A stretch of DNA of 64,000 nucleotides from Gammaproteobacteria bacterium (GCA_026984775.1 JALSRM010000069.1:28939-92938); one strand, 5' to 3'. Shown: positions 27,710 through 41,360, counted from the stretch's first letter. The notes: generated by a model not told the origin, from the letters alone. Translations and numbers: made by a program.

Positions 27710-29383
27710 ATGGCTCAATACGTTTTTTCCATGAACCGCGTCAGCAAGACGGTTCCACCAAATCGGACCATCCTGCGAGACATCTCACTCAGTTTCTTTC
27801 CCGGTGCAAAAATCGGTGTTCTTGGCCTAAACGGAGCCGGGAAGTCGAGCCTGCTCCGAATCATGGCGGGAATAGATAAGGAGTTTGATGGTGAGGTAAT
27901 TCCCATGAAAAACCTCAAGATTGGGTATCTGCCACAAGAACCTCAACTCGATCCTGCCAAGGATGTCAGGCGCAATATCGAGGAAGGTATTGCTGAAATC
28001 GCTAATCTTCTCGTACAGTTCGATGAAATCAATGCCCGTTTTGCAGAACCCATGAGTGATGCAGAAATGGCTGAACTACTTGAGAAACAGGCAGAGGTCC
28101 AAGCTGCTATTGATGCCGCCGGTGCCTGGGAATTGGATCGAATGCTGGAGATGGCTGCCGATGCACTTCGACTGCCACCCTGGGATGCGGATGTCACTAA
28201 GCTGTCCGGTGGAGAAAAACGGCGCGTCGCATTGTGCAAATTACTACTCTCCTCACCGGATTTATTGCTTTTGGATGAGCCAACCAATCATCTCGATGCA
28301 GCTTCAGTAGCCTGGCTCGAACGCTATCTTGAGGAATTTCCCGGTACAGTCATCGCAGTAACTCATGATCGCTATTTCCTCGACAATGTCGCCGGCTGGA
28401 TCCTTGAGCTCGATCGTGGCTACGGTATCCCATGGGAGGGCAACTATTCTTCCTGGCTGGAACAGAAGGAACAACGACTTGAACATGAGGAGAAACAGGA
28501 ACGCGCTCATCAAAAAGCCATCAAGGCAGAACTTGAATGGGTTCGTTCTGGAGCAAAAGGTCGTCACGCTAAAAGTAAGGCGCGTCTGCAACAATTCGAA
28601 GAGCTTAACTCCAGGGAATTCCAAAAACGAAACGAAACCAATGAGATCTATATCCCGCCCGGGCCCCGTTTGGGCGATCTTGTCGTTGAAGCTGAAAATC
28701 TCAAAAAGGCCTACGATGGAAAACTTTTGTATGAAAACCTAAGTTTCTCCCTGCCACCGGGTGGAATTGTCGGTATTATCGGGCCCAATGGTGCAGGGAA
28801 AACCACACTCTTTCGACTCTTGACACAACAAGAACAGCCCGACGCTGGACAGATCCGGATCGGTGAAACGGTAAAATTCGCTTATGTAGATCAGAGCCGT
28901 GATTCTCTTGATGACAATAAAACAGTCTGGGAAGAGATCTCCGATGGCCAAGATGTTATCAGGGTTGAAAACTATGAATGTCCTTCAAGACGCTATGTAG
29001 GTCGTTTCAACTTCAAAGGCGGGGATCAGCAAAAGAAAATAGGCCAGCTTTCCGGTGGAGAACGAAACCGGGTTCATCTCGCAAAAATGCTTCGATCAGG
29101 AGGTAATGTTCTACTGCTGGATGAGCCAACTAATGACTTGGATGTTGAAACACTACGCGCACTAGAAGAGGCTCTTCTCAATTTCCCTGGTTGTGCCGTC
29201 ATCATATCCCATGACCGTTGGTTCTTGGATCGAATCGCTACCCACATACTTGCTTTTGAGGGAGATAGCCAAGTGACCTGGTTTGAAGGAAACTATTCTG
29301 ATTATGAGAAGGATCGAAAAAAACGACTGGGAGATGAAGCCGATCAACCTCACAGGATCAAATATCGTCCTCTCTCCACCTAG
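27710..29383 (+). CDS. ettA: Energy-dependent translational throttle protein EttA (ABC-F)
   Basis: [29 protein letters not shown]; two ABC domains; ELEWVR linker; HILAFEGDS. Confidence 0.97.
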   Translation: MAQYVFSMNRVSKTVPPNRTILRDISLSFFPGAKIGVLGLNGAGKSSLLRIMAGIDKEFDGEVIPMKNLKIGYLPQEPQLDPAKDVRRNIEEGIAEIANLLVQFDEINARFAEPMSDAEMAELLEKQAEVQAAIDAAGAWELDRMLEMAADALRLPPWDADVTKLSGGEKRRVALCKLLLSSPDLLLLDEPTNHLDAASVAWLERYLEEFPGTVIAVTHDRYFLDNVAGWILELDRGYGIPWEGNYSSWLEQKEQRLEHEEKQERAHQKAIKAELEWVRSGAKGRHAKSKARLQQFEELNSREFQKRNETNEIYIPPGPRLGDLVVEAENLKKAYDGKLLYENLSFSLPPGGIVGIIGPNGAGKTTLFRLLTQQEQPDAGQIRIGETVKFAYVDQSRDSLDDNKTVWEEISDGQDVIRVENYECPSRRYVGRFNFKGGDQQKKIGQLSGGERNRVHLAKMLRSGGNVLLLDEPTNDLDVETLRALEEALLNFPGCAVIISHDRWFLDRIATHILAFEGDSQVTWFEGNYSDYEKDRKKRLGDEADQPHRIKYRPLST

Positions 29384-29391
29384 GCATCAAT

Positions 29392-29420
29392 AAAAAAGCC
29401 GGTATAAAACCGGCTTATTT
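29392..29420. terminator. Bidirectional intrinsic terminator between ettA and rplQ
   Basis: AAAAAAGCCGGT-ATAAA-ACCGGCTTATTT. Confidence 0.8.
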
Positions 29421-29442
29421 CAAGATCGTTCATAAAGAAGAG

Positions 29443-29829
29443 TTATTCTTCGACCTCTTCCTCATTTACTTGCGGCCGATCGACCAGTTCCACAATTGCC
29501 ATCGGTGCTGCGTCCCCTGCCCGAAATCCACATTTCAGAATCCGTAGATAACCACCTGGACGATTTGCATATCGAGCCCCAAGCTCATCGAAGAGTTTGG
29601 CGACCATTTCCTTGTCACGAAGCCGGGCAAACGCCAAGCGCCTATTAGCGACGGTGTCTTTCTTTGCGAGAGTGATCAATGGTTCTGCAACTCGCCGCAA
29701 CTCTTTAGCCTTGGGCAAGGTCGTTTTGATCATTTCATGGCGAAACAAGGACGCTGCCATGTTCTTGAACATAGCCTTGCGATGACTGCTTGTTCTGTTT
29801 AAGTGTCGTCCACTTTTCAAATGACGCAT
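29443..29829 (-). CDS. rplQ: 50S ribosomal protein L17
   Basis: [20 protein letters not shown]...GGYLRILK. Confidence 0.99.
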   Translation of the reverse strand: MRHLKSGRHLNRTSSHRKAMFKNMAASLFRHEMIKTTLPKAKELRRVAEPLITLAKKDTVANRRLAFARLRDKEMVAKLFDELGARYANRPGGYLRILKCGFRAGDAAPMAIVELVDRPQVNEEEVEE

Positions 29830-29841
29830 CTTCGTAATTCC

Positions 29842-30843
29842 TTATGAGCTACTTACGTTTGAAATTAAGTCCTTCGGAGGCCAGTTCTCCAGGCGCATTC
29901 CGAGAGAGAGCCCCCTTTGAGCGAGAACACTCTTGATTTCTGTGAGAGATTTTTTACCCAGGTTTGGAGTCTTCAAAAGTTCGACTTCCGTTCTCTGGAT
30001 TAAATCACCGATATAGCAAATACTCTCAGCCTTCAGACAGTTAGCAGATCGGACTGTCAATTCCAAATCATCAATTGATCGAAGTAGAATGGGATCAATC
30101 TCGACCTCTTCCTCTTCTTCTTCCTTGACCGGTTCAATTGTGCTCAAATCAACAAAAACTGAGAGCTGATCGAGAAGGATCTTCACTGCTGTTTTTAAAG
30201 CTTCTTCGGGATCTATCGCACCATTGGTTTCGATCTCCAGAACCAATCGGTCCAGATCGGTACGCTGATCTACCCGGGCACTCTGCACTTCATAGGCAAC
30301 CCTGTGAATAGGACTAAATGATGCATCAAGCTTGAGATTGCCAATCGCTTGATCACTTTCATCACCAGCTACCTGCAAAGCTGCAGGTACATAACCTCTG
30401 CCTTTTATGACTTTCATTGTCATATTCAGTTCTGAGCCTTCATGCAGGGTAGCAATATGATGATCCTTATTGACAATTTCGATGTCATGATCGACTGCAA
30501 TATCACCTGCTGTCACCTGAGCAGGCCCCTTTACATTCAAAGTGATCGTAGCCTCATCCTTCGCATGCATAGCGATAGCAAGTCCTTTCAGGTTCAACAA
30601 GATGTCTGTCACATCTTCCTGTACACCTTCTATCGTCGTGTATTCATGCAATACACCCTCAATTTCTGCTTCAACGACCGCAGAACCCGGGATGGAAGAG
30701 AGTAAAACCCTGCGGAGAGCATTACCTAATGTATGCCCGAAACCTCTGTCAAGAGGTTCAAGAACGATCTTTGCACTTTTATCACTGATGAAATCTACAT
30801 CAACAATACGTGGTTTTAAAAATTCCGTAGCGGAAGTGGCCAT
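29842..30843 (-). CDS. rpoA: RNA polymerase alpha subunit
   Basis: [40 protein letters not shown]. Confidence 0.99.
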   Translation of the reverse strand: MATSATEFLKPRIVDVDFISDKSAKIVLEPLDRGFGHTLGNALRRVLLSSIPGSAVVEAEIEGVLHEYTTIEGVQEDVTDILLNLKGLAIAMHAKDEATITLNVKGPAQVTAGDIAVDHDIEIVNKDHHIATLHEGSELNMTMKVIKGRGYVPAALQVAGDESDQAIGNLKLDASFSPIHRVAYEVQSARVDQRTDLDRLVLEIETNGAIDPEEALKTAVKILLDQLSVFVDLSTIEPVKEEEEEEVEIDPILLRSIDDLELTVRSANCLKAESICYIGDLIQRTEVELLKTPNLGKKSLTEIKSVLAQRGLSLGMRLENWPPKDLISNVSSS

Positions 30844-30864
30844 AAGGTAATCTCCTAACCAGTA

Positions 30865-31488
30865 TTATTTAGAATACAATTCGACAACAAGCGATTCATT
30901 GATGTCTGCCGGCAAATCACTTCTTTCAGGAACTGATTTGAATACACCTTCCATCTTTTTTGTATCGATTTGCATCCATTCCGGAAACCCGAACTGTTCA
31001 GCTATTGCCAGAGAATCTTGGATTCGCACTTGGTTACGGCTCTTTTCCCTAACGGAAATAACGTCGTCCGGTTTAACTTGGTAAGAGGGAATATTGACCG
31101 TCTGGCCATTAACCAAGATCGCCTTGTGCGTGACCAGCTGCCGCGCCTCGGCACGCGTGCTGCCGAATCCCATTCTATAGACAACATTATCAAGACGACA
31201 TTCCAACAGTTTCAGAAGGTTTTCGCCTGTCGATCCCTTGATACGCGAAGCCTTTTTATAATAATTTCTGAATTGTCGCTCCAGAACACCATACATTTGT
31301 CTCAGTTTCTGCTTTTCACTCAACTGAAGAGCATAATCAGACATTCTACGTTGTCTGTTATCACCATGCTGTCCAGGTGGCTTCTCTAGCTGGCATTTTG
31401 ATTCCAGAGGCCTTGCTCGACTCTTCAGAAAAAGGTCAACACCATGCCGTCTACTTAATTTACACTTTGGTCCTATGTATCTCGCCAT
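30865..31488 (-). CDS. rpsD: 30S ribosomal protein S4
   Basis: [31 protein letters not shown]. Confidence 0.99.
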   Translation of the reverse strand: MARYIGPKCKLSRRHGVDLFLKSRARPLESKCQLEKPPGQHGDNRQRRMSDYALQLSEKQKLRQMYGVLERQFRNYYKKASRIKGSTGENLLKLLECRLDNVVYRMGFGSTRAEARQLVTHKAILVNGQTVNIPSYQVKPDDVISVREKSRNQVRIQDSLAIAEQFGFPEWMQIDTKKMEGVFKSVPERSDLPADINESLVVELYSK

Positions 31489-31502
31489 ATCAGGAATCTA
31501 CT

Positions 31503-31892
31503 CTATACTCTTCGTTTCTTTGGTGGCCGACATCCATTATGTGGAATCGGTGTCACATCGGTAATGCTGCTGATTTTAAAACCGGCATTGTTCAAGGCAC
31601 GCACTGCGGAGTCACGTCCCGGACCCGGTCCTTTGATAAAGACATCCAAATTCTGAATGCCATATTCATTCATTGTGTCGGTCAACCTCTCAGCAGCAAC
31701 CTGGGCAGCAAATGGCGTACTTTTTCTTGATCCACGAAAGCCGCTCCCACCCGCAGTCGCCCAAGCAAGGGTATTGCCCTGCCGATCGGTAATAGTAATA
31801 ATGGTATTGTTGAATGAAGCATGAACATGAACAGCTGCATCAACAACCGTTCTTTTGATTCGCTTTTTAGCTCGTCCTGGTGACTTTGCCAT
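31503..31892 (-). CDS. rpsK: 30S ribosomal protein S11
   Basis: [37 protein letters not shown]. Confidence 0.99.
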   Translation of the reverse strand: MAKSPGRAKKRIKRTVVDAAVHVHASFNNTIITITDRQGNTLAWATAGGSGFRGSRKSTPFAAQVAAERLTDTMNEYGIQNLDVFIKGPGPGRDSAVRALNNAGFKISSITDVTPIPHNGCRPPKKRRV

Positions 31893-31917
31893 ATTTTATA
31901 AAACCTAAATTAGATAG

Positions 31918-32274
31918 TTATTTACGGATTGGTTTTCTTGGACCTTTTCGGGTTCTCGCATTTGTTTTGGTACGTTGGCCACGCACAGGCAATCCACGCC
32001 GGTGCCGAATGCCTCGGAAACAACCGAGGTCCATCAGCCGTTTAATATTCATGGAGACTTCCCTTCGAAGATCACCCTCAACCTCATATTCACTCACTGC
32101 ATCGCGGAGTTTCTCGAGCTGCTCTTCGGTCAGATCCCTGATCTTTTGATCAGTTGGAACACCTGACTTTTTACAAATTTCCTTGGCGCGACTTTTGCCA
32201 ATACCATAGATATAGGTCAATGCTATTACAGTGTGTTTCTGATCTGGGATATTTACCCCTGCAACACGAGCCAT
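31918..32274 (-). CDS. rpsM: 30S ribosomal protein S13
   Basis: [28 protein letters not shown]. Confidence 0.99.
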   Translation of the reverse strand: MARVAGVNIPDQKHTVIALTYIYGIGKSRAKEICKKSGVPTDQKIRDLTEEQLEKLRDAVSEYEVEGDLRREVSMNIKRLMDLGCFRGIRHRRGLPVRGQRTKTNARTRKGPRKPIRK

Positions 32275-32320
32275 TATTTATCGTCTCCTAACCTTCTGTT
32301 TCGCGCAGAAAAGGCGCTGA

Positions 32321-32349
32321 ATTCTATTCTTATATTCGATCATGATCAA
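32321..32349 (-). promoter_or_regulatory. Alpha-operon sigma70 promoter
   Basis: Minus strand TTGATC-17 bp-TAGAAT followed by TCAGCGCC. Confidence 0.65.
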
Positions 32350-32353
32350 GGTC

Positions 32354-32467
32354 TTAACCCTGTCTCTGTTTATGTCTGCCATCTTTACAGATCACGCGCA
32401 CGATGCCATTACGGCGGATGATCTTGCAATTTCTACACATTTTCTTAACTGATGCTCTTACTTTCAT
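32354..32467 (-). CDS. rpmJ: 50S ribosomal protein L36 (zinc-binding form; not in ORF track)
   Basis: Manual translation: [37 protein letters not shown] (37 aa), between secY and rpsM. Confidence 0.98.
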   Translation of the reverse strand: MKVRASVKKMCRNCKIIRRNGIVRVICKDGRHKQRQG

Positions 32468-32486
32468 ATCAAAACCTCTTTAAAAC

Positions 32487-33839
32487 CTATCGGCCGTAAC
32501 CTTTCAAATTGGCTTTTTTCATCAAACCTTCGTACTGATGTGACATCAAATGTGACTGTACCTGGGCCATGAAATCCATTACAACAACAACAATGATCAG
32601 TAACGATGTGCCCCCAAAATAGAATGGAACGCTGAACTTTAATATCAGAAACTCCGGGAGCAAACAAACCAGAGTAATATAAATCGCACCGGCCATTGTT
32701 AAACGGGTCATCACACCATCGATATATTTCGCTGTTTGTTCACCTGGCCTAATTCCTGGAATAAATGCCCCTGATTTTTTTAGATTCTCTGCTGTCTCCC
32801 GTGGATTAAACACCAACGCGGTATAGAAGAAACAAAAGAAGACAATTGCTGCCGCATAAAGCATGACATAAAGCGGCTGACCAGGTGAAAGTGTCGTACT
32901 GAGATCTTTTAACCACCCCAGCCCTTCTTTGCTACCGAACCATCCTGCTATCGTACTCGGGAAGAGAATGATACTTGATGCAAAAATCGGTGGAATCACA
33001 CCTGCCATGTTCAATTTAAGAGGCAGATGACTGGTTTGTCCACCGTACATTTTCCTGCCCACCTGCCTTTTTGCATAATTGACAGTGATTCGTCTTTGCC
33101 CACGCTCGACAAAAATGACAAAAGCAGTTACGAGCAGTGCCAAAGCAAAGAGCCCGAACACCATCAACCAATGTAACTCGCCAGTTCTAGCCAGTTCGAG
33201 CGTTCCTCCGATAGCTGCTGGCAGTCCGGCAACGATACCAGCAAAGATGATCATCGAAATACCATTCCCAATACCACGCTCGGTAATTTGCTCACCCAAC
33301 CACATCAAAAAAAGAGTCCCCGTGACTAACGTCGTGACAGCCGTAATACGAAAGGCTATTCCTGGATCAATCACCAAGCCCAGCCCGTTGACTGACTGAC
33401 CTTCAAGGGCAATTGCAATGCCAATTGCCTGGAATGTTGCGAGAACGACTGTCCCATAACGAGTGTATTGAGTGATTTTCCTGCGTCCAGCTTCTCCCTC
33501 TTTTTTAAGCTGCTCAAGCTTCGGGTGCACGACTGTCAGAAGCTGCATAATAATTGAAGCTGAAATATAGGGCATAATCCCCAATGCAACGACAGAAAAT
33601 CGTTTCAAAGCACCACCAGAGAACATGTTGAACATGTCCAGGATGGTTCCTTTCTGCTGTTCAAACAATGCGGCCAAGGCGTAAGGATTTATTCCGGGAA
33701 CGGGTATGTGCGTGCAAATACGGAAAACAACCAAAGCACCGATCAGGAAAAGCAGACGCTGTTTCAACTCAGAAACTTCACCGATAGCGGATATCCCACC
33801 TGGCATAGCAGCCTGTTGTTTTTTCTTTTTTGAAGCCAC
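32487..33839 (-). CDS. secY: Preprotein translocase subunit SecY
   Basis: [45 protein letters not shown]. Confidence 0.99.
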   Translation of the reverse strand: MASKKKKQQAAMPGGISAIGEVSELKQRLLFLIGALVVFRICTHIPVPGINPYALAALFEQQKGTILDMFNMFSGGALKRFSVVALGIMPYISASIIMQLLTVVHPKLEQLKKEGEAGRRKITQYTRYGTVVLATFQAIGIAIALEGQSVNGLGLVIDPGIAFRITAVTTLVTGTLFLMWLGEQITERGIGNGISMIIFAGIVAGLPAAIGGTLELARTGELHWLMVFGLFALALLVTAFVIFVERGQRRITVNYAKRQVGRKMYGGQTSHLPLKLNMAGVIPPIFASSIILFPSTIAGWFGSKEGLGWLKDLSTTLSPGQPLYVMLYAAAIVFFCFFYTALVFNPRETAENLKKSGAFIPGIRPGEQTAKYIDGVMTRLTMAGAIYITLVCLLPEFLILKFSVPFYFGGTSLLIIVVVVMDFMAQVQSHLMSHQYEGLMKKANLKGYGR

Positions 33840-34274
33840 TTAATCTTCCAGTTTTCCGCCTGCAGCTTCTATTGCAGCTTTCGCTCCTTTTGTTGCTGCA
33901 ATCCCTTTCAATGTAATCGCCTTCTTGATTTCGCCAGACAAGATCACCTTGACATGCTTAATATTGTTTGAAATCAGATCAGCCTTCTTCAACGCATCGA
34001 TATCGATAATATCAGTATTGGCAAGTTCTAGTTCATTCAGCCTAATCTCTGCCTTTGAGAGCGACTTTCGAGAGGTGAAACCAAACTTCGGCAGTCGCCG
34101 CTGCAGAGGCATCTGTCCACCTTCGAAACCAACCTTGTGATAACCGCCAGAACGCGAATGCTGTCCTTTATGGCCTCGTCCACAGGTCTTGCCTGATCCA
34201 GAACCAATGCCACGACCGACTCTTTTCCGTGATCGTCTTGAACCTTGTGCGGGTTTAATAGTGTTAAGTCGCAT
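33840..34274 (-). CDS. rplO: 50S ribosomal protein L15
   Basis: [29 protein letters not shown]. Confidence 0.99.
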   Translation of the reverse strand: MRLNTIKPAQGSRRSRKRVGRGIGSGSGKTCGRGHKGQHSRSGGYHKVGFEGGQMPLQRRLPKFGFTSRKSLSKAEIRLNELELANTDIIDIDALKKADLISNNIKHVKVILSGEIKKAITLKGIAATKGAKAAIEAAGGKLED

Positions 34275-34463
34275 TTAAACTTCCTCAACCTGTAACAGGT
34301 ATGAAACCTTGTTGATCATGCCACGATTTTCAGGCGTATCGCTGACGACAACACTGTGTCTGATCCGCCTCAATCCGAGTCCGTGCACACAAGCCTTATG
34401 TGACGTCCTCCGGCCATTCAGGCTTTTGATTAATGTAACTTTCAGTTCGTTTTGTTTGGCCAT
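34275..34463 (-). CDS. rpmD: 50S ribosomal protein L30
   Basis: [26 protein letters not shown]. Confidence 0.98.
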   Translation of the reverse strand: MAKQNELKVTLIKSLNGRRTSHKACVHGLGLRRIRHSVVVSDTPENRGMINKVSYLLQVEEV

Positions 34464-34465
34464 GA

Positions 34466-34966
34466 TTATTCCGTAATTTCATCCACCGATTTACCACGCT
34501 TGGTGGCATAGTATTCGGGGTCTTTCATCTCAACAAGCCCTTTAATGGTTGCTCTGACCACATTGATGGGATTATTCGATCCAATACATTTGGCCAGAAC
34601 ATTATTTACACCAACAGCCTCAAAAACTGCACGCATAGGTCCACCGGCAATAATTCCGGTACCTTCTGAAGCAGGGCGCATATGAATTTTTGCAGCTCCA
34701 AATTCGGCTGTTATGGGATACTGAAGAGTCCCGTCTTTAAGTGGGACGGTTTTCATATTCCTTCTTGCATTTTCCATTGCTTTCTGTATCGCTACAGGAA
34801 CCTCACGAGCCTTGCCTCTACCAAAGCCTATTCGACCTTCCCCATCACCAACAACAGTCAAAGCTGAGAAACCAAAAATTCGACCGCCTTTTACCACCTT
34901 GGCAACACGGTTCACGTGAACCAGTTTCTCGATATAACCTTCACCCTGATCTTTACTAGCTGCCAT
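34466..34966 (-). CDS. rpsE: 30S ribosomal protein S5
   Basis: [22 protein letters not shown]. Confidence 0.99.
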   Translation of the reverse strand: MAASKDQGEGYIEKLVHVNRVAKVVKGGRIFGFSALTVVGDGEGRIGFGRGKAREVPVAIQKAMENARRNMKTVPLKDGTLQYPITAEFGAAKIHMRPASEGTGIIAGGPMRAVFEAVGVNNVLAKCIGSNNPINVVRATIKGLVEMKDPEYYATKRGKSVDEITE

Positions 34967-34983
34967 AATCTTGTAACCTTATT

Positions 34984-35337
34984 CTAGAATTTGAGCCCGG
35001 CCTCACGTGCAGCATCAGCCAACGCTTTAACACGACCGTGGTACTTATAGCCGGATCGATCAAAAGCTACCGTCTCAATGCCGGCTTGTCTGCAACGTTC
35101 GGCGATAGCGGTACCTACCTTTATTGCCGCCTCGATATTTCCACCATTATTGACTTCGGAACGTAACGACTTATCCACTGTTGAAGCACTGGCGAGAACT
35201 CTACCACCTTCAGGAGTAATCACTTGAGCATAGATATGCCGCGGTGTTCTATGCACAGTCAATCTGTGGGCTCCCAATTCCCTTATTTTTGCTCGTGCCT
35301 TGACGGAGCGTCTCATTCTTGAAGCTTTTTTATTCAT
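34984..35337 (-). CDS. rplR: 50S ribosomal protein L18
   Basis: [35 protein letters not shown]. Confidence 0.99.
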   Translation of the reverse strand: MNKKASRMRRSVKARAKIRELGAHRLTVHRTPRHIYAQVITPEGGRVLASASTVDKSLRSEVNNGGNIEAAIKVGTAIAERCRQAGIETVAFDRSGYKYHGRVKALADAAREAGLKF

Positions 35338-35345
35338 CATTTCAC

Positions 35346-35879
35346 CTAGGCTTTCTTGGCTTCCTTACGGACAATCACTTCATCCGCATACTTTATACCC
35401 TTACCTTTATAAGGTTCTGGTTTTCTATAGTTGCGGATCTCTGCAGACACTTGTCCAACCTTCTGTTTATCGATGCCCTTGACAACAATCTCTGTCTGGC
35501 TCGGCGTTTCAATAGTAATTCCCTCAGGAATTTCATAGTTTACTGGATGAGAAAAACCCAGTGTCAGATTGAGCACTTTCCCCTGCACCTGTGCGCGATA
35601 ACCGACACCGTTGATTTCCAGTTTCTTTTCAAACCCCTCGGTAACTCCGGTAACCATGTTCTGTAGCAAGGACCGCGTTGTTCCAGCTAAGGCATTCGCC
35701 TGCTTGGAAGAATCATTGGCAGAGACCTTGAGCACTTCTTCTTCCTGTACAACCTTGACCAAGTCATGGATGACGTAAGTCAATGTTCCCTTTGAACCTT
35801 CAACCGTAACCTTCTGCCCTTCAAGATTGAACTTGACGCCTGAAGGTAGTGATACTGGATTATTCGATATCCTGGACAT
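35346..35879 (-). CDS. rplF: 50S ribosomal protein L6
   Basis: [24 protein letters not shown]. Confidence 0.99.
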   Translation of the reverse strand: MSRISNNPVSLPSGVKFNLEGQKVTVEGSKGTLTYVIHDLVKVVQEEEVLKVSANDSSKQANALAGTTRSLLQNMVTGVTEGFEKKLEINGVGYRAQVQGKVLNLTLGFSHPVNYEIPEGITIETPSQTEIVVKGIDKQKVGQVSAEIRNYRKPEPYKGKGIKYADEVIVRKEAKKA

Positions 35880-35892
35880 TGTTAGATTTCCA

Positions 35893-36288
35893 TTAATAAA
35901 CTGCGCAAATTACTTCACCACCGATACCACGTTGACGTGCAGCTCGATCCGTCATTACACCTTGAGAAGTTGAAATAACAGCGATGCCGTAACCACCTTG
36001 GATTTGAGGCAGATCTTCGCTTCCACAATATACTCGTCGGCTAGGTTTACTGATTCTCTTGATCGAATCAATAACTGGTCGATCATTTACATATTTCAAT
36101 TCAATCGTCATTACAGGCTTGCCATCGACGATATCAGTTGTGCAATCAGCAATATACCCCTCTTCTTTCAAGAGGTTTGCAATTGTGACCTTTTTAGTGG
36201 ATGCCGGCATGGTTACGACCTTTTTTAAGGCGCTTTGACCATTGCGGATCTGGGTCAACATATCTGAAATAGGATCTTGCATACTCAT
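35893..36288 (-). CDS. rpsH: 30S ribosomal protein S8
   Basis: [27 protein letters not shown]. Confidence 0.99.
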   Translation of the reverse strand: MSMQDPISDMLTQIRNGQSALKKVVTMPASTKKVTIANLLKEEGYIADCTTDIVDGKPVMTIELKYVNDRPVIDSIKRISKPSRRVYCGSEDLPQIQGGYGIAVISTSQGVMTDRAARQRGIGGEVICAVY

Positions 36289-36318
36289 ATTGATATTTCC
36301 GTTCCGGTTTCTGCAAAT

Positions 36319-36624
36319 TTACCAACTGGCTTTGACAAGTCCTGGCACATCGCCTCTCATTGCAACTAAACGCAACCGATTTCTTGCCAGTCCGAACTTT
36401 CGATAGTAGCCATGTGGGCGGCCCGTGATCTGGCACCGGTTTCTCATTCTTGACGGACTTGAATCCCTTGGTAATTTCTGTAGAGCAACTCGCGCCTTGT
36501 TTCGCTCTTCTTCAGTCAGACTCATATCAACCGCCATTGCTTTTAGCTGTTTACGCTTTTCAGCATATTTTTTTACAAGTCGAGCACGTTTTCGCTCTCT
36601 GTTTACCATGGATACCTTTGCCAT
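36319..36624 (-). CDS. rpsN: 30S ribosomal protein S14 (long, non-zinc form)
   Basis: Start at ATG 36624: [10 protein letters not shown]...[19 protein letters not shown]...KASW. Confidence 0.98.
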   Translation of the reverse strand: MAKVSMVNRERKRARLVKKYAEKRKQLKAMAVDMSLTEEERNKARVALQKLPRDSSPSRMRNRCQITGRPHGYYRKFGLARNRLRLVAMRGDVPGLVKASW

Positions 36625-36646
36625 AAGAAACTTTACTCCAAACCTT

Positions 36647-37186
36647 TTATGTTCTGATTGGGAAGTTAAATGCACGCAATAATGCCCGGCCTTCCTCGTC
36701 AGTCGTTGCCGATGTTGTTATACAAACGTCAAGACCGCGAATTGCATCGATCTTGTCATAATCAATCTCAGGAAAGATGATCTGTTCTTTCACGCCGAAA
36801 GAATAATTTCCACGGCCATCAAATGATTTATTACTCAGTCCTCTGAAATCCCTGATTCGAGGGATCGCGATCGTTATCAGCCGATCCAAAAACTCATACA
36901 TACGTTCACGACGGAGAGTAACTTTCACTCCATTTGGCCAGCCTTCGCGGATTTTGAAGTTGGCAACTGATTTCTTTGCTTTAACCACTACAGGTTTCTG
37001 CCCAGAAATCAGGGCAAGATCATTCACTGCATGCTCAATTACTTTTTTATCACTGACCGCTTCACCAAGCCCCATGTTAAGTGTAATTTTTGTAATCTGG
37101 GGAATCTGCATATTGCTCTTGTAACCAAACTCATCTTGCAATTTGGGCACAATCTTTTCTTTATAAACCTGTTGTAATCTAGCCAT
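36647..37186 (-). CDS. rplE: 50S ribosomal protein L5
   Basis: Start at ATG 37186; [26 protein letters not shown]. Confidence 0.99.
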   Translation of the reverse strand: MARLQQVYKEKIVPKLQDEFGYKSNMQIPQITKITLNMGLGEAVSDKKVIEHAVNDLALISGQKPVVVKAKKSVANFKIREGWPNGVKVTLRRERMYEFLDRLITIAIPRIRDFRGLSNKSFDGRGNYSFGVKEQIIFPEIDYDKIDAIRGLDVCITTSATTDEEGRALLRAFNFPIRT

Positions 37187-37197
37187 GTCTAAACCTG

Positions 37198-37515
37198 TCA
37201 AATATCGACGACTTCGCCGTTGGATTTGAAATATCTTACTTTCTTGCCATCTTCAAGTATCTTGAAACCAACCCTGTCCGCCTTCTTTGTGGCTGGATTA
37301 TAAATAGCAACGTTACTTACATGAATCGGTGCTTCTTTTTCAATAATTCCGCCAGGCTCACCAATCTGTGGGTTTGGACGAACATGTTTCTTGATGAGAT
37401 TCACATTCTCAACGATCACCTTATCTCCCGGAAGAACACGCCGAACCGTACCCCTGGCTCCTCTATTCTTGCCAGTCAGAACAACAACGTCATCACCTTG
37501 TTTAATCTTTCTCAT
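37198..37515 (-). CDS. rplX: 50S ribosomal protein L24
   Basis: [28 protein letters not shown]. Confidence 0.99.
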   Translation of the reverse strand: MRKIKQGDDVVVLTGKNRGARGTVRRVLPGDKVIVENVNLIKKHVRPNPQIGEPGGIIEKEAPIHVSNVAIYNPATKKADRVGFKILEDGKKVRYFKSNGEVVDI

Positions 37516-37526
37516 AATTGCCTAAC

Positions 37527-37895
37527 CTAAAGTACTTCCGGAGCCAGTGAAACAATACGCATAAACTTATCCCCCCTAAGCTCACGTGTCACAGGCCCAA
37601 AGATACGTGTTCCAACAGGATTCATCTGTTTGTCAAGCAGTACTGCGGCGTTACCATCAAAGCGTATGAGTGATCCATCCGGGCGTCTGACACCTTTACG
37701 TGTGCGTACGACAACGGCATTAAACACGTCTCCTTTTTTCACCTTGCCACGTGGTATCGCTTCCTTTACCGTGACCTTGATGATATCTCCGATACCAGCG
37801 TAGCGTATGCCTGAACCACCAAGCACCTTGATACACATCAATCGGCGCGCACCGCTATTATCTGCGGCATCGAGCATTGACTGCATCTGTATCAT
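37527..37895 (-). CDS. rplN: 50S ribosomal protein L14
   Basis: [26 protein letters not shown]. Confidence 0.99.
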   Translation of the reverse strand: MIQMQSMLDAADNSGARRLMCIKVLGGSGIRYAGIGDIIKVTVKEAIPRGKVKKGDVFNAVVVRTRKGVRRPDGSLIRFDGNAAVLLDKQMNPVGTRIFGPVTRELRGDKFMRIVSLAPEVL

Positions 37896-37964
37896 TTAAT
37901 TTCTCCGTTTCTAAATTGCAGGAATAAAACCCGCGTTCAAAAAAAATCAATGTCAAAACAACCG

Positions 37965-38231
37965 TTAAAGTTGTGCAGCTTTTTCGACTATTTTTTGTAG
38001 TCGCCAGGTTTTATGCTTTGAAAGAGGCCGACATGATTCAATCGCAACTGTATCCCCAATATTACATTCATTGTTTTCATCATGTGCCATCAGTTTTGTT
38101 GACCGTTTGACATATTTTTTGTACAACGGATGCATTACCTGACGCTCAACTTTGACGGTAATTGATTTGTCCATCGCATTACTGACAACCTGACCTATAA
38201 CCACTTTGGTATTTTTAATTTCTTCAGTCAT
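37965..38231 (-). CDS. rpsQ: 30S ribosomal protein S17
   Basis: [28 protein letters not shown]. Confidence 0.98.
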   Translation of the reverse strand: MTEEIKNTKVVIGQVVSNAMDKSITVKVERQVMHPLYKKYVKRSTKLMAHDENNECNIGDTVAIESCRPLSKHKTWRLQKIVEKAAQL

Positions 38232-38233
38232 GA

Positions 38234-38428
38234 TCAACTACCGGCTTTCATTTCGTTTAAAATAGTCTTCACTCTGGCAATATCCTTCCGCAGTTTTTTA
38301 AACATATGAGGACGGCTTGCCTGTCCTGTACCCTTCTGCATTCGTAAACTGAACTGCTCTTTACGTAAATCAAGAAGCAGATTCTGCAATTCTTCAGGTT
38401 TCTTTGACCTTAATTCTTTGACTTCCAT
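38234..38428 (-). CDS. rpmC: 50S ribosomal protein L29
   Basis: ELR...EQFSLRMQ...RKDIARVKT. Confidence 0.98.
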   Translation of the reverse strand: MEVKELRSKKPEELQNLLLDLRKEQFSLRMQKGTGQASRPHMFKKLRKDIARVKTILNEMKAGS

Positions 38429-38841
38429 TACAGTACAGTCCTGGATGTAAATGTTGTTCTCACAGGAAGTTTCGCAGCTGCCAACCTCAAAGCCTCTCTT
38501 GCAATGGGTTCTGCAACCCCTTCCATTTCGTATAACACCTTGCCGGGCTGAACTTCAGCAACCCAGTATTCAACGTTTCCCTTACCTTTACCTTGCCTTA
38601 CTTCCAGTGGTTTTTTGGTAATCGGCTTGTCTGGAAAGATTCTGATCCAGATTTTTGCACCACGTTTTACATGCCGTGTGATCGCACGTCGGCCCGCCTC
38701 GATCTGACGAGAAGTGATTCGTCCGCGAGTAGTTGCTTTGAGACCATATTCTCCAAAACTAACTCTATTTCCACGGAGAGCAAGGCCACGGTTTCTTCCC
38801 TTCTGTTGTTTTCTGAACTTTGTCCTTTTAGGCTGAAGCAT
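38428..38841 (-). CDS. rplP: 50S ribosomal protein L16
   Basis: [31 protein letters not shown]. Confidence 0.99.
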   Translation of the reverse strand: MLQPKRTKFRKQQKGRNRGLALRGNRVSFGEYGLKATTRGRITSRQIEAGRRAITRHVKRGAKIWIRIFPDKPITKKPLEVRQGKGKGNVEYWVAEVQPGKVLYEMEGVAEPIAREALRLAAAKLPVRTTFTSRTVL

Positions 38842-38855
38842 CTACGCTCTCCTGA

Positions 38856-39536
38856 TTACCCTGCTTTATTACTTTCTTCACTTGAGACAGGATCGTCAGT
38901 TTCTATTTTGTCGACGATCTCACCTTTGAATATCCAAACCTTGACACCTAGAATCCCGTAAGTGGTCAAGGCCTCTGCTGTTCCATAATCAATGTCAGCA
39001 CGTAGTGTGTGTAATGGCACTCTTCCTTCCCTATACCACTGTGTTCTGGCGATTTCAGCACCATTCAGTCTACCTGCTACATTGATCCGGATACCTTCAG
39101 CGCCCAAACGCATGGCATTTGTCACAGCACGTTTCATAGCGCGGCGGAACATGATACGACGCTCCAGCTGATTTGCAACACCTTCTGCGACAAGATAGGC
39201 ATCAAGTTCAGGCTTTCTTATCTCTTCCACACTCACGTGAGCGGTAACCCCCATCATTTTTGAGATTTCGTTTCTGAGCATCTCAATGTCTTCACCTTTC
39301 TTGCCGATCACAATACCTGGCCTGGCCGTATGGATTATGACCTTGGCATTATTGGCTGGTCTTTCGATCTGAATACGGCTTACAGATGCATGTTTGAGCT
39401 TGTTCTGCAGGAATTCTCTAACTTTCAGATCAGTGTTGAGGTAGTCCGCATAGTTTCTGGAGTCAGCATACCAAGTTGAATTCCAGTCTTTTACAATACC
39501 CAGTCGGATGCCGGTTGGATGTACTTTTTGTCCCAT
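38856..39536 (-). CDS. rpsC: 30S ribosomal protein S3
   Basis: [27 protein letters not shown]. Confidence 0.99.
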   Translation of the reverse strand: MGQKVHPTGIRLGIVKDWNSTWYADSRNYADYLNTDLKVREFLQNKLKHASVSRIQIERPANNAKVIIHTARPGIVIGKKGEDIEMLRNEISKMMGVTAHVSVEEIRKPELDAYLVAEGVANQLERRIMFRRAMKRAVTNAMRLGAEGIRINVAGRLNGAEIARTQWYREGRVPLHTLRADIDYGTAEALTTYGILGVKVWIFKGEIVDKIETDDPVSSEESNKAG

Positions 39537-39546
39537 AGGATTTTCT

Positions 39547-39882
39547 CTAATCTTGTTCTTGAACGGCCACGGTTATATGGCTAGTTCGCTTTAAAATTCG
39601 GTTGCCACGTCCCTTAGCTCTAGCTCTAAAACGCTTGAAAATAGGTCCTTCATCAACATGGATCCTGCTGACAATCAATTCATCAATGTCAGCACCGTTG
39701 TTGTGTTCTGCATTGGCTATTGCAGATTCGAGTACTTTTTTAATGATCTTCGCACCCTTTTTTGTACTAAAGGTTAGCGCGTTGATTGCTTGATCAACAC
39801 TCATACCTCTGATCTGATCAGCTACCAACCTGGCCTTTTGTGCTGAGATTCTTGCATACTTTAATTTTGCTACAGTTTCCAC
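39547..39882 (-). CDS. rplV: 50S ribosomal protein L22
   Basis: [29 protein letters not shown]. Confidence 0.99.
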   Translation of the reverse strand: METVAKLKYARISAQKARLVADQIRGMSVDQAINALTFSTKKGAKIIKKVLESAIANAEHNNGADIDELIVSRIHVDEGPIFKRFRARAKGRGNRILKRTSHITVAVQEQD

Positions 39883-39924
39883 GATTCTTTCCCAATTCTG
39901 ATCGACTTCAGTATTGCCTCTCGA

Positions 39925-40200
39925 TTATCTCTTTGATTTCTTGTCTGCAATATGGCCACGATAAGTTCGTGTCACCGCAAACTCGCCAAGTTTGTGACCC
40001 ACCATGTTTTCAGTGATAAATACCGGTACATGTTGACGACCGTTGTGAACAGCAATTGTCAATCCAAGCATGTCTGGCAGGATCATCGATCGTCTAGACC
40101 AGGTCTTGATAGGTTTCTTGTCATCCGTTTCTCTAGCCTTATCAATTTTTGCTTGGAGATGATGATCAATAAATGGTCCTTTCTTGATGGAACGTGCCAC
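39925..40200 (-). CDS. rpsS: 30S ribosomal protein S19
   Basis: [26 protein letters not shown]. Confidence 0.99.
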   Translation of the reverse strand: MARSIKKGPFIDHHLQAKIDKARETDDKKPIKTWSRRSMILPDMLGLTIAVHNGRQHVPVFITENMVGHKLGEFAVTRTYRGHIADKKSKR

Positions 40201-40215
40201 TGTTGTACTCCTGAA

Positions 40216-41043
40216 TTATCTCTTGTTGCGTCGTCGAACGATCAGTTTGTCAGTTCGTTTGTTCTTTCTGGTCTTCGCACCTTTAGTCGGCATACCCCAT
40301 GGGCTGACAGGGTGACGCCCCCCAGACGTTCTACCTTCACCACCTCCATGCGGATGATCAACTGGGTTCATGGCTACACCTCGAACAGTTGGTCGAATAC
40401 CACGCCATCGATTGGCACCGGCCTTGCCCAGTGATCGCAGAGAATGTTCCCCGTTACTGACCTCACCGATTGTTGCCCGACAATCGACCAGAACTTTTCT
40501 CATTTCACCGGACCGTAATCTTAATGTCGCATAAGCACCTTCACGTGCAACAAGCTGTACCGATGCACCTGCACTGCGTGCAAGCTGCGCACCTTTCCCG
40601 GGTTTGAGTTCAACACAATGTACAGTCGTACCTACTGGGATATTTCTTAGTGGCAAACAGTTGCCCGTTTTGATGGGTGATGAAACACCTGACATGACTT
40701 CGTCACCAGTTTTCATCCCTTTAGGTGCAATAATATATCGTTTTTCGCCATCGACATATGTGATTAAAGCGATATGGGCTGTACGATTAGGATCGTATTC
40801 GATTCTCTCGACCCTTGCCATTATGTCATCTTTATTACGTTTGAAATCAATAACTCGATAGCGTTGCTTGTGGCCACCACCACGGTGGCGCACAGTGATC
40901 CTTCCGTGGTTATTACGTCCTGATTTGCGGGATTGATGTTCCAATAATGGACGATAGGGTTCGCCTTTATGCAGTTCTGGAGTAACAACCCGAACCAGCC
41001 CTCTACGGCCAGGTGACGTTGGTTTTGCTTTTACAAGTGCCAT
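40216..41043 (-). CDS. rplB: 50S ribosomal protein L2
   Basis: [25 protein letters not shown]. Confidence 0.99.
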   Translation of the reverse strand: MALVKAKPTSPGRRGLVRVVTPELHKGEPYRPLLEHQSRKSGRNNHGRITVRHRGGGHKQRYRVIDFKRNKDDIMARVERIEYDPNRTAHIALITYVDGEKRYIIAPKGMKTGDEVMSGVSSPIKTGNCLPLRNIPVGTTVHCVELKPGKGAQLARSAGASVQLVAREGAYATLRLRSGEMRKVLVDCRATIGEVSNGEHSLRSLGKAGANRWRGIRPTVRGVAMNPVDHPHGGGEGRTSGGRHPVSPWGMPTKGAKTRKNKRTDKLIVRRRNKR

Positions 41044-41063
41044 TTCAGTAACCTTATCCTTGC

Positions 41064-41360
41064 TTATTCTGAAGCAATAAATTCTATATCATGGCCTGGT
41101 TTCAGACGTACATAAGCTTTTTTTACATCTGATCTCTTCCCAGCCTGGCGTTTGAACATTTTTGTTTTGCCTTTCTGGTTCACAACCTGAACAGAGGCAA
41201 CCTCTACATCAAACATCATCTCGACCGCTTTTTTTATATCAGGTTTGGTTGCTGTTTTTGCTACATCGAAGACAAACTGGTTCGCAGTATCAGCCAACCT
41301 CGCTGTTTTTTCCGAGATCCTCGGCGCTAACAAAATACTGCTCAATTGTTCTTTATTCAT
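41064..41360 (-). CDS. rplW: 50S ribosomal protein L23
   Basis: [24 protein letters not shown]. Confidence 0.99.
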   Translation of the reverse strand: MNKEQLSSILLAPRISEKTARLADTANQFVFDVAKTATKPDIKKAVEMMFDVEVASVQVVNQKGKTKMFKRQAGKRSDVKKAYVRLKPGHDIEFIASE